From Myxococcota bacterium (GTDB lineage: Bacteria > Myxococcota_A > UBA796 > GCA-2862545), in contig JBCCQY010000044.1 of NCBI GenBank assembly GCA_039208735.1, positions 1-63,356 on the forward strand: a stretch of DNA of 63,356 nt, written 5' to 3'. Position 1 is the stretch's first letter. Each line of letters starts with the position of its first letter. Positions 36,675 to 46,348 of the stretch are shown here, one piece after another. The notes under the pieces were generated by a model that did not search any database, was not told where the DNA came from, and saw only the letters and a program-made list of their open reading frames with translations. The translations under genes were made by a program, and so were the position numbers.

Positions 36675-37838
36675 GTGTCGACTCCCGCGCAACGCCCCAC
36701 CGAATTCTGGCGGCGCTATGAGCGGTACCCCTATCTACTTGCAAAGGTCGTTTTCTTCGTCCTGATCGCACTTGGAGGGTACGCGCTTTTACGCACCGTG
36801 AGCAACGTGCTGCTCCCCATCGTGCTTGCGATGCTGACCGCCTATGTGCTCGACCCCGCTGTGGACTGGTTCGAGGAGCGGGGATTCTCGCGCACCACCG
36901 GCATTGGGCTGTTCCTGGCCTTGGGCATGGCGGCAGGACTCGTGCTGGCCACGTTCCTCTACCCGACCATCCGCCACCTCGTGGACCGCATCCAGTCGGG
37001 GTTTCCGACGCTGCTCAACCTGGCCGAAAACGAGTGGATTCCCTGGATTGAGAACCAACTCGGCGTCGATACGCCCCACACCCTGCAAGACCTGTGGGCC
37101 CAAGCGATCGCGCGATTCCGCGAACACGTCCCGGAGGTCCTGCAAACCGCGTCCGACACGCTGTCCTCGGCGCTGTCTCAGCTGTGGACGCAGACCGCCG
37201 TGGTGGTGAACAGCCTCGTCACGCTCATTCTCATCCCGGTGCTCGCGTTTTACTTCCTGCGCGACTTCGACGCGATGAAGGATACCGCGGTGGGCTATTT
37301 CCCCCTTCCGCAGCGCGAATGGATGCTCGACCGCTTGCGCCAGATGGACGAAGTGGTGGGCCTGTGGATTCGCGGCCAGGTCGAGGTCGCCCTGATCTTG
37401 TCGGTCATGTACGCGTTTGGCCTGGGCTTGACCTTTGGCCTTAGTAACCAGGGCATCTCGTCGGGGATTGCGATTGGCGTGTTTGCCGGACTGTTGAACG
37501 TGGTGCCATACCTCGGTTTCCTCGTCGGTTTTCTGCTCGCCACGCTCCTTGCGCTACTCGACTGGAGCGGCTGGGGCACCCTCTTTGGGGTCTTCCTGAC
37601 CTTTGGCGTGGTTCAGGCGATCGAAGGCTACGTTGTGACTCCGCGCATCGTCGGCGACAAGGTAGGTCTGTCCCCGGTCTCCGTCATCATCGCGCTATTG
37701 CTCGGCGCCGAACTGCTCGGTCTGCTCGGAGTCCTGCTCGCCATTCCGGTCGTGGGCAGCCTGCGCGTCCTCTTGCCCGACCTCATCGCGTGGTACCAAG
37801 GCACCGAGTTCTACCGGGGCTCTGCGACCGAAGAGTAG
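36675..37838 (+). CDS. AI-2E/PerM family transporter
   Basis: AYVLDPAVDWFE, FYFLRDF, GLLNVVPYLG, QAIEGYVVTPRIVGDKVGLSP; start approximate. Confidence 0.92.
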   Translation: MSTPAQRPTEFWRRYERYPYLLAKVVFFVLIALGGYALLRTVSNVLLPIVLAMLTAYVLDPAVDWFEERGFSRTTGIGLFLALGMAAGLVLATFLYPTIRHLVDRIQSGFPTLLNLAENEWIPWIENQLGVDTPHTLQDLWAQAIARFREHVPEVLQTASDTLSSALSQLWTQTAVVVNSLVTLILIPVLAFYFLRDFDAMKDTAVGYFPLPQREWMLDRLRQMDEVVGLWIRGQVEVALILSVMYAFGLGLTFGLSNQGISSGIAIGVFAGLLNVVPYLGFLVGFLLATLLALLDWSGWGTLFGVFLTFGVVQAIEGYVVTPRIVGDKVGLSPVSVIIALLLGAELLGLLGVLLAIPVVGSLRVLLPDLIAWYQGTEFYRGSATEE

Positions 37839-37839
37839 C

Positions 37840-38301
37840 TCACTCGGGAGCGGTGAAGAGGAAGTCCACACCGGCTTCATGACAGTTGGTGCAAAGCGAC
37901 ACGCCGCGCCCATCCGCGAAATTGTCGTTTTCGAACTGCTCGTACCAATACCAGGCACGGCCATTCTGGCCGTTTGAGACGCGGACCATGACCGCGAAAC
38001 CCTGGATGGTATCGCCATTCCCGTACAGCTCCTTGACCGCAGCCGAACCCTCGGGATGCTGGGGGTTGCCCTCGGCGATGGACGCCGCGAGGTCAGGGGA
38101 GAAGTACGTGCGCACATTCCCAAAGTGCGGACCCGCCGAAAGGTGGATCGACGCCTCGGCGGGCCAGTCAAGGTAGACCCCGGTTTTGAGCCACCCGGCA
38201 ATGTCATCGGTGGGAATCTCGCTGGGGACAGATGCCGTGTCCTCGGGCGTCGCTTCCAGAAGATCTTCCTCGGCACATCCCAGCCACCACAACCAGAGCA
38301 T
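37840..38301 (-). CDS. Cytochrome P460/c'-beta family lipoprotein
   Basis: MLWLWWLG-C; Y..W, PEGSAAVKELY, AVMV, WYWYE, C-terminal CTNCH..DFLF. Confidence 0.75.
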   Translation of the reverse strand: MLWLWWLGCAEEDLLEATPEDTASVPSEIPTDDIAGWLKTGVYLDWPAEASIHLSAGPHFGNVRTYFSPDLAASIAEGNPQHPEGSAAVKELYGNGDTIQGFAVMVRVSNGQNGRAWYWYEQFENDNFADGRGVSLCTNCHEAGVDFLFTAPE

Positions 38302-38379
38302 TCACCCTCCTGGTCAGATTTCGCGAAATCCGTACCATCGACGCGACCCCGAAGGACCCGCCACCCGACGAGCCCATCC

Positions 38380-40008
38380 TCAACCGTCTCGCAACAGGCC
38401 CCCTGAGAGCCAGATCACCGACGTGATTCCTGCCACGATCAGGCTGGTCGCACCGACGAAGAACCAGGAGTCATTGGACGCCGAAGCCAGGATGGCCAGT
38501 CCCACCAGACACGCCGCCAGCACGCCACCCGCCGAAAGAATGCGTGCTCCGCGGGTCACGGCCGCGCTCAACGTGGCCATCTCCTTGGCGGTGACCTGGA
38601 CCCGAAGGCGATTGTCGGCATGGATCTGGAGGATGCGAGCGACCCGGTCGGGCAGGGCGTCGGCGAGTTCCTCGGCCTCGATGAGGGCTTGGAGCATCCG
38701 AGGCCCCGAGGCCGCCTGCGACACGGTCTGCGAGATGAGCGCGGCGGCGTGCTCCCGGATCGCCTCATCGGGACGGAACCCCGGATGCAGCGTCCGTGCG
38801 ATCTCGTCGAGCTGAAGCAGCGCCTTGCCGATCATCGTGAACGAAGGGGGCACCGTGATGTGGTTGCGGGTCGCGATCTGCTGCATTTCGAGCAGCAGCG
38901 CACCCGTCTGAATCGACCGTAAATCGTCGCCCACCACCCCGGTAAGCGCCCGCCCAACCTCGTCACGGAATCGGTGGGGGTCAGCCTCATCGGGGTCGGG
39001 AGCAAGCCCCACGAAGGTCTCCGCCGCATCCTCGATTCGTCCGTCGGCAATGGCGAGAAGCAGCTTTACCAACCCGCGACGCAGCCGGACCGGCACGACG
39101 CCCACCATTCCTGCGTCCAGCACGGCCAGCGTCTCCTCGGGGGTGATGAGGATGTTCCCGGGATGCGGGTCTGCATGAAAGAAGCCACGAACGACGATTT
39201 GGTCGAGCCATCCTTCGAACAGAGCGTCGGCCAATTCGATACCTCGGACCGCGTCCAGCCCGGCGTCCGCCGAAACCTTATCGCCCTCCACGAAGGTCAT
39301 CGTGAGCACACGAGAGGTGGAAGCGTCACGAATGACCCCAGGAACCACCAAGGACGGATGGGTCTTGAGGATCTCGTCCAGCCGCATCAGATTCGCGGCC
39401 TCACGCTCGTAGTCGAACTCGCGGAGCACGGCGACTCGCAGCTCCTGCAACGTCGCGACCGGCCGAAACCCCACCACCGCCGAAGAGCTTGCTTCGGCCA
39501 CTCGAGCGACGGCCATCCAGGTGTCGAGGTCGCCCAGCATGCGATGTTTGACACCTGGGCGCTGGACTTTGACCGCCACCTCGGTGCCATCGACCAGCCT
39601 CCCGCGATGCACCTGCCCAATGGAGGCCGCGGCGAGTGGCTTTTCGGAGAGCTGGCCGAAGATCTTCTTCCAATCTCCCAACTCAGTGGTCAATGTCTCG
39701 TCGATGGTGGACCACGGGAGGGGCTGAACGTCGTTGTGCAACCTCGAGAGGGCGCTGCGGTAGGGATCGCGAAGGAGGTCGGGCCGCGAAGCCAGGATTT
39801 GCCCGAGCTTCACGTAGGTGGGGCCTAGGAGTTCCAAATCATGAGCGAGTTCCATGGCGCGACTCGCTCGCTCCTCGTCCGTCTGGGCCGGGGTCCCCAC
39901 AAACCGATCGGCCCCCACGGCCGAGACCACGGTTGGCCCTCCGTACTTCGCGATAAGACGCAGTACATCTGCCGTATGCGTAGACTCTTCACGAGGCGCA
40001 TTGGGCAA
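38380..40008 (-). CDS. ABC1/UbiB (AarF) atypical kinase family protein
   Basis: LGPTYVKLGQ, PLAAASIGQVH, VAVKVQRP, FFHADPHPGN, LDAGMVG; C-terminal TMs. Confidence 0.93.
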   Translation of the reverse strand: MPNAPREESTHTADVLRLIAKYGGPTVVSAVGADRFVGTPAQTDEERASRAMELAHDLELLGPTYVKLGQILASRPDLLRDPYRSALSRLHNDVQPLPWSTIDETLTTELGDWKKIFGQLSEKPLAAASIGQVHRGRLVDGTEVAVKVQRPGVKHRMLGDLDTWMAVARVAEASSSAVVGFRPVATLQELRVAVLREFDYEREAANLMRLDEILKTHPSLVVPGVIRDASTSRVLTMTFVEGDKVSADAGLDAVRGIELADALFEGWLDQIVVRGFFHADPHPGNILITPEETLAVLDAGMVGVVPVRLRRGLVKLLLAIADGRIEDAAETFVGLAPDPDEADPHRFRDEVGRALTGVVGDDLRSIQTGALLLEMQQIATRNHITVPPSFTMIGKALLQLDEIARTLHPGFRPDEAIREHAAALISQTVSQAASGPRMLQALIEAEELADALPDRVARILQIHADNRLRVQVTAKEMATLSAAVTRGARILSAGGVLAACLVGLAILASASNDSWFFVGATSLIVAGITSVIWLSGGLLRDG

Positions 40009-40040
40009 GGCTCACCTCCGCGGGGAGCCTACCAGAGCGG

Positions 40041-41270
40041 TCAGTCCGCCCAGACCTTCACCGTCTCGCCGATGTGATTGAGGATGTCACGCAGCCGGTC
40101 GTAGTCGGGGTCCTTCACGCACACCCAGGCGTTAGCGAGGTAGCCGTTCTCGACGGGCTGGGTTGGCGTGCCCGGCTCGGGCAGGTGGTGCTTGAACACC
40201 TGCTCTCAAAGCGAATCGAACATCTCTTCCACCCCCGAATAGCTGCGAATCACGCCATCCTGGCTCGGACGCAGGTTGATGAGCCCCGCAGAGAACCGTT
40301 GACTCGGCACCCCTTCGACCTTGCCAAACAGAATGGCGCGAGCCCACTCGCCATACAGGTCAAGATCATTGGCTTCGCAATAGACGTCCCAGTGGTTGCA
40401 ACCTGGGGGACGCGCTCCGATCTCCGAGAACCACAGGCCCATGTCGCCCGCGAACCACTCCATGTGGGTGGCCGTCGTCTCAAGCCCCAGTTCGGCAATC
40501 ACGCGTTTTCCGAAGGTTCGAAGTTCGGCGTAGCCCGGCGAGCCGATGCGGTTGGTGTGCACCATCTGGGGGCTGATCCAGCGCGTGCGCATCGCTTCAA
40601 GCACGTTCGGGTAGTAGTGGGTGACGAACTCGAGACACACCGTGCCATCGCACGTCAGCGTGTCGTAGAACCCCTCATGACCGCTCACGAATTGCTCGGC
40701 CGTCATCGTGCCGGCATGCTCGTCGAGCCGCGTTTCGGCCAAGGCCCGCCGTGCATCCTCAATGGTGTCGAGGCGGTAGGTCGCATGCGCACCCATGCCG
40801 TCACGCGGCTTGAGCACAATGGGGTAGCCCACCTGCTCAACGAATCCGAGCAGGTCCGCACTCGTGGTCACCATCGCATTGCGCGCGCACGGAATGCCCC
40901 GCTCCCTAAGGAACTGCTTCATCACGAACTTGTCGCGACAAAGGTTGATCTGCTCGGGGGTCGGCCCCGGAATGCCCGCCGCCTGACGGGCCATGGCCGT
41001 GGGCAACATGTGCGACTCGATGGTCGCTTCAAGGCGATCGACCCACGGCCCGCGGGCCTGGACTCGGCGGACCGCCTCTAGCAGCGCATTGGCGTCCGTC
41101 ACGTTGTGGACGTACTCGTAGCCATCGAGGTGGCGCTTGACGTCGGGATCGAGTTGGTCGACCGGCGCATCACCGATGCCCGTGACGTGAGCGCCCATCC
41201 GCTTCAGACCATCGACGAAGCGCCGTTGGTTGGCGGGAAAATGGGGAGCGACAAACAGGACGTGGGGCAT
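40041..41270 (-). CDS. ATP-grasp domain protein with an in-frame TGA at 40206-40208 (probable sequence error or pseudogene)
   Basis: CRDK..MK, VLKPRDG.G, EQFVSGHE, THMEWF, SEIGARPPG; after the TGA the same frame continues EQVFKHHLPEPGTPTQPVENGYLANAW..DYD.LR..GETVKVWAD*. Confidence 0.8.
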
Positions 41271-41278
41271 CGGATCAC

Positions 41279-42517
41279 CTACGCCGGGGTGGTTGCACCG
41301 TCAGGGCGCCATTGTTGCACGCGTTCAAAGAAGAGTTCGGTGAAGTCTTCGATTTCGTGGTGCGGATAGAGAGCGGTGACCTTTTCACGAACCACACGTC
41401 GGAATTCGTCAGTGGCGAAGTAGGCGCGAGCCCGCTCGTCGAGGTCAGCAAAGTGAGTGGCTTCGAACTCCGCGAATCGTTCCGCATCGAGGAGTTCGGA
41501 CGCAATCGCGTCGTATCGCGCGATCTGCTCGTCCAACGAAAGCTCGGTGTCGCGAGCCGCAAAGAAGCGGTCCCAGGCAAAGCCAAGGTTCTTCTTACGC
41601 TGCGTCACGGCGGCAAACACGGACCACTTCAGCAGCGAGGTCACGAGCCACGGGAAGTGAACGTGCAAGCTCGTGACTTGGGAATCCGGGCATGCATTGG
41701 CAAAATCGATCGGGTGAAGCACGCCGTTAGCGCGTAGCACTTCGCAACTGTTGAAGTCCCACCCAAAGAACGCATTGATCGTGCGGCACATGGCCGAGGC
41801 GAGCTTGGTTTGGTCGTCGGTGAGCGCGGGAGGGGTCGTCCGGTAGCGATTGTGCAGTGACGCGTCGGGGTCGTCGTCCACCAGGCGCACTTGCGGTCCA
41901 ATGCCCACCACGCGGACGAACCGATCCCACCCCTGGACCGCCGCCTGGAGGTGATGAACGCGGAGCCCTGAGGCATCGTAGGCCTCGCCCAAGGTGGCAT
42001 CGTCGGTCACGCGACGCACCCCAACCCAGCCTCCCCCATCGTAGGGCTTGAAGAACGCGGGATAGCCGACCGAACGCCCCACCGCGCCCAAATCGAACAA
42101 CCGGTTGTATTTGCGAACGGTGACCGTCCAGTCACCATCGGTGGCGTACTCCTTCGGTGGCACCATGATGGTCTCGGGAATCGGAAAGCCGAGCTGCATC
42201 ATGGCCACGTAGGAGGTGTGCTTCTCCATGGACTGGACGGCCCATGGATTGTTGAGCACGTAGACGCCTTGCAGCGCGAGTTGCTTGACCCACTCCCGCT
42301 GCGTGTGGAACCAGTGGGTGAGTCGGTCCACAACGAGATCGTAGGCGGGCGTCTCTCGGAGCGAGAACGGGCGAACCGTGGTGCGTTCGCATTCGAGGTG
42401 CACCTCGTCGTTGCCGATGCGAATCGGTCCCATTTGACCGATCAGGGCCTCGAAGGCTGCAGGCCAGCAGATATCCGCTCCGAGCGACAGACCAATCCGT
42501 CGCCGTACGATCCCCAT
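41279..42517 (-). CDS. ATP-grasp (RimK-like) protein
   Basis: GAGGAGG RBS; IGLSLGADICWP, VDRLTHW, FKPYDGGGWVGV, DFNSCE, IDFANACPD. Confidence 0.85.
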   Translation of the reverse strand: MGIVRRRIGLSLGADICWPAAFEALIGQMGPIRIGNDEVHLECERTTVRPFSLRETPAYDLVVDRLTHWFHTQREWVKQLALQGVYVLNNPWAVQSMEKHTSYVAMMQLGFPIPETIMVPPKEYATDGDWTVTVRKYNRLFDLGAVGRSVGYPAFFKPYDGGGWVGVRRVTDDATLGEAYDASGLRVHHLQAAVQGWDRFVRVVGIGPQVRLVDDDPDASLHNRYRTTPPALTDDQTKLASAMCRTINAFFGWDFNSCEVLRANGVLHPIDFANACPDSQVTSLHVHFPWLVTSLLKWSVFAAVTQRKKNLGFAWDRFFAARDTELSLDEQIARYDAIASELLDAERFAEFEATHFADLDERARAYFATDEFRRVVREKVTALYPHHEIEDFTELFFERVQQWRPDGATTPA

Positions 42518-42596
42518 GTCTCCTCCTCGCACCCCCCTTTCGTGCCGGCCTTGCTCGGCCGGCAACCTCGTTGCTTTCGGTGTGCGACACTGACGT

Positions 42597-44402
42597 ATGT
42601 CTCGTGATCGCCAAACCGACCCCCTCAAAGCGTTGGCCCGCGTGGCCGACGCTCTCCGGTCTTCCCGTGTCGACGCCCCGAGCCTGCGTCGGACCCTCGA
42701 TGCAGCCCGGATCCAAGGCATCGCTGGAATCGCGATCACCTACGGCCCCGAGCGGGTTCTGGTCGTCGCTTCCCCGAGCGACTTCGTGGTGCGCACCAAA
42801 GATCCCGGCCGATGGTCCAGCAAACTCCACCGTGGACACCTCGAAGCAACCGGTCCCGACCTTCGCACCGAGCCCTTCCAGTCCTACCTGGAAGCGCTCA
42901 AAAACCTCTTGTCGCATGCCATGCGGTCCCAAGAGCGGGTCGACGGCACCCGAGAGCGCTTTCGGGACTTGCTGGGAAGCTTTCCCGCCGCGGTGGCGAT
43001 GCAACGTCACGGGGTCATGACCTACGTGAACCCCGCCTGGACGGAGTTGACCGGCGGCGTGAATGTCGGACAGTCAGCCGTGGGTTGGATCTTCGAACAC
43101 GACCGCGACCAGGCCGCCTTGGCCGTGGAGCGAGCCGCATCCGAGCCCTTGATGGTGCGGCTTGGCCACGATCCAACCCGTTGGGTCGAAATCGAAGCGT
43201 CGTCCCGGATGGCCTTCGACGGGCAGGAGGTGGGGCTCCTCGTTGCGCGGGAAATCACCGAACGCCGAACCGCTCACGCCAAGCGAGCGATTCGGGATCG
43301 CATCTTGACCACACGCCGCATCACGAGCGGGATCGGGCACGAGCTGAACAACCCGCTTACCGCCGTCATGGCGAACCTCGAAGTGGCCCTCCGACGCCTT
43401 CGAGATCGGCCCGACGACCCGTTTGCGAGCCGGCTACAGGCCGAGTTGGCGGATGCGAAGGAAGCCGCGGAACGCATGCGCTTGACCATCCGCGATCTGC
43501 GCGACCTGGTGCGGGATCATGGCACCGAGCCACAGCCCATCGATGTTCGCAACGTGGTCGACCGGGCGCTCAGCATCACCCACCGGGTGCTCGGCCACCA
43601 TTGTCAGGTCGAGCGACACTACGAAGAGGTTCCACCGGTCCTGGTCCGCTCCGACGGATTTGGGCACGTGATGATGGCGCTGTTCCAGAACGTGGGCGAG
43701 GCCTTCGCCCGTATGGATGGTCAAACGCTACGCTCGGGGGGCAGTCGGCCCTCGCACCGCCTCGACATTTGGATTCGGCGCCGCGGTCGCCATGTGAGCA
43801 TCGAAGTCGGCGACGACGGCCCAGGCGTCATGCCCGAGATTGTTCCTGGACTGTTTCAACCCTTCGTCGGTCACAACACGGGCCTGGGTCTGACCCTCGC
43901 CAAAGACATCGTCGAGGCCGTGGGCGGCACGATTCGCTACGACGATCGGGGCGGTTCGGGTGCCCTTTTTCGGGTCTCTCTGCCCATTGCGGAGCCGTAT
44001 GCATTGGCCCTTGAGCCGGTTGCGGATGTTCCCGATGTGGGCCGGGTTCTCGTCATCGACGATGAACCCATGATTGGGCGTGCCGTGCGGCGGATGCTCG
44101 CCCCCGACTTCGACGTGGTCATCGCGTCCACCGGTGCGGACGGCCTCGAAGCGGCGACGGCCAATCGCCGGTGGGATCTGGTGCTGCTCGACCTCATGAT
44201 GCCGGGCATGGGGGGCGTCGAAGTCTACGAAGAGATCGAGCAGCAAGCGCCCGAGCTGTTGCCGTTCGTCGTCGTGGTCACCGGCGGCATCTACACCGAT
44301 GAGGCACACCGGTTCCTCGAGCGCACCGGCTGCGCCACGCTGCAGAAGCCCTTCGACGCGGAGTCGTTGGCTCGCCTCATCGAGCAGCGCCGATCCGAAT
44401 AA
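42597..44402 (+). CDS. Hybrid PAS sensor histidine kinase/response regulator
   Basis: YVNPAW (PAS), HELNNPL, DDGPG, LFQPF, TGLGL; receiver VIDDEP, LDLMMP, QKPF. Confidence 0.92.
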   Translation: MSRDRQTDPLKALARVADALRSSRVDAPSLRRTLDAARIQGIAGIAITYGPERVLVVASPSDFVVRTKDPGRWSSKLHRGHLEATGPDLRTEPFQSYLEALKNLLSHAMRSQERVDGTRERFRDLLGSFPAAVAMQRHGVMTYVNPAWTELTGGVNVGQSAVGWIFEHDRDQAALAVERAASEPLMVRLGHDPTRWVEIEASSRMAFDGQEVGLLVAREITERRTAHAKRAIRDRILTTRRITSGIGHELNNPLTAVMANLEVALRRLRDRPDDPFASRLQAELADAKEAAERMRLTIRDLRDLVRDHGTEPQPIDVRNVVDRALSITHRVLGHHCQVERHYEEVPPVLVRSDGFGHVMMALFQNVGEAFARMDGQTLRSGGSRPSHRLDIWIRRRGRHVSIEVGDDGPGVMPEIVPGLFQPFVGHNTGLGLTLAKDIVEAVGGTIRYDDRGGSGALFRVSLPIAEPYALALEPVADVPDVGRVLVIDDEPMIGRAVRRMLAPDFDVVIASTGADGLEAATANRRWDLVLLDLMMPGMGGVEVYEEIEQQAPELLPFVVVVTGGIYTDEAHRFLERTGCATLQKPFDAESLARLIEQRRSE

Positions 44403-44431
44403 GCCTCTCCACGGAACCCCAAGGAGAGCCC

Positions 44432-46333
44432 ATGCTGCCACTATGGGGGTCCCGCCGCGCGGGGCCACTGTTCGTCTCGCACCTCGGCATGTCGGTGGTT
44501 CACGGGGCCCTGATGCGGGTGTTTGCTGGCTACATCACAGCCAACGACCTCACCTGGCTGGACTGGACCACCGATCAGCTCGCGACGCTTTCGTTCGCGT
44601 TCTACGTGCTGCCTTTGGTCGCGTTGTCAGGCCCGGCCGGGCGCCTCGCGGACCGGCTCGACAAGGCGGCCCTCCTTCGATGGTCAAGCATCGCCGGCAT
44701 CGCGGTCACAGGCCTCGGGGTGGTGGGCTGGATTTTCGCATCCCCGCTCACCATGCTGCTGTCCATCACCCTTTCGGGGGTCCAGGCCGCCCTCGCTCTC
44801 CCCGCTCGCTACGCCATCGTGGCCCAGCAGCTCGACGAGCGAGAGTGGGTCGCGGGCAATGCATCGTTGCTCCTCGGCACCCTCCTCACCGGCGTCATGC
44901 TGGCCATTCCCTACGGCGACGACCTCGTGGTGGCCGGCACCCGGATCTGGCACGGCATGGCCGCGGATGCCGCAGCTCCCCTCACCCTCGTGGTCGCCGC
45001 CGGACTCGTAGCCGTCGCCGCCACCTTCGTGCCTCCGGTTCCGCCGATCCCTGTCGACCCCAACGATGCGATTGCTCAAGACCGTGCACAGGCCGCCCCG
45101 CGAACCCTCGTCCGGTACCCTGCCGCCCGTTGGTCCACGGTCCTCGCCCTGACCTGGTACTGGGCGATCGGCGGCATGTTCCTTGAGCTTCTACCGCTGT
45201 ACGTCGACCGAGTCCTCGGAGCGGGGCCCGCCGTCACCGCTTGGGTGCTGCTCACCTTTGGGGTGGGCACCCTGTTCGGCACGTTTGGCGCGACGGCCCT
45301 CTCCCGACGCCGAGTGGAGCTGGGCCTGGTCCCACTCGGCTCCCTTGGCCTGACGATTTTTCTCTCCGACCTCTGGTGGATCGGAGGTCCGTTCGGGCCC
45401 GAGTACGGCGAACTGGTGACGTTGCAGGCCTTCGCGAGCACGTTTGCCGGCCTGCGCATTTCGATCGACCTTGCGATGGTGGCGGTCAGCGGCGTGTTGG
45501 TGGCCGTGCCACTCATCAGCTACCTCCAGCTCCGTTCCGACCCCGACATTCGCGGCCGAATCCTGGGCGCGAACCAGCGCTTGAACGCCATCGCGACCTT
45601 GACGGGCGCTCTGCTACTCGTCGTCTTGCTTGGCGAAGCGCTCCGCCCCTACGACGTGCTCCTCGGCATTGCGGTCGCCAACCTGCTCATCGCGGTGGCG
45701 ATCACCCAAACCATCGCGGAGTTCTCGCTGCGTTTTTCCGCCTGGATCCTTTCGTTTGTCGTGTATCGCCTCGAAGTCAATGGACTCGATCACATTCCTG
45801 AAGATGGCCCAGCCGTTCTGGTGGCCAACCACGTCTCCTACATCGACTGGCTCGTGATCATGGCCGCCGTGCGACGGCCGATCCGCTTCGTGATGTACTA
45901 CAAGTTTCTTGAAATGCCGGTCATGAAGTACCTCTTTCGCCAGAACAAGGTCATTCCCATCGCGGGGCGCAAGGACAATCCCGAGGTCATGAAAGCCGCG
46001 TTCGAACAGATCCATGCCGAACTCGCCGACGGTTGGCTGGTGCTCATCTTTCCCGAAGGCGACCTTACAAAAGACGGCGCGATGGCCACGTTTCGGCCGG
46101 GCGTGGAACGAATCCTCGAGCGCGATCCCGTTCCCGTCATTCCAATGGCGCTGAACGGCCTCTGGGGAAGCTTCTTTTCCCACAAGGACGGCCCGGCGAT
46201 GACCCGTCCGTTTCGTCGGGTTTGGTCGCGTGTCTGGGTCACCGTGGGCCCAGCTCTTTCGGGCGCCGAAGCCCAGGCCGAAGACCTCCAGATCGCGGTC
46301 GAGGAACTTCATCGCCAACGGCCCGAGCCATGA
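44432..46333 (+). CDS. MFS transporter fused to a PlsC-type acyltransferase (LplT/Aas-like)
   Basis: ~12 TMs with GRLADRLDK; NHVSYID and FPEG motifs. Confidence 0.9.
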   Translation: MLPLWGSRRAGPLFVSHLGMSVVHGALMRVFAGYITANDLTWLDWTTDQLATLSFAFYVLPLVALSGPAGRLADRLDKAALLRWSSIAGIAVTGLGVVGWIFASPLTMLLSITLSGVQAALALPARYAIVAQQLDEREWVAGNASLLLGTLLTGVMLAIPYGDDLVVAGTRIWHGMAADAAAPLTLVVAAGLVAVAATFVPPVPPIPVDPNDAIAQDRAQAAPRTLVRYPAARWSTVLALTWYWAIGGMFLELLPLYVDRVLGAGPAVTAWVLLTFGVGTLFGTFGATALSRRRVELGLVPLGSLGLTIFLSDLWWIGGPFGPEYGELVTLQAFASTFAGLRISIDLAMVAVSGVLVAVPLISYLQLRSDPDIRGRILGANQRLNAIATLTGALLLVVLLGEALRPYDVLLGIAVANLLIAVAITQTIAEFSLRFSAWILSFVVYRLEVNGLDHIPEDGPAVLVANHVSYIDWLVIMAAVRRPIRFVMYYKFLEMPVMKYLFRQNKVIPIAGRKDNPEVMKAAFEQIHAELADGWLVLIFPEGDLTKDGAMATFRPGVERILERDPVPVIPMALNGLWGSFFSHKDGPAMTRPFRRVWSRVWVTVGPALSGAEAQAEDLQIAVEELHRQRPEP

Positions 46334-46348
46334 TGGTAAGCACGAGAC

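Noticed and set aside
44405..44428. CTCTCC..GGAGAG hairpin covering the RBS of the MFS-acyltransferase gene
   Set aside because: Only 6 bp with a long loop and no U-tract; likely chance in GC-rich DNA
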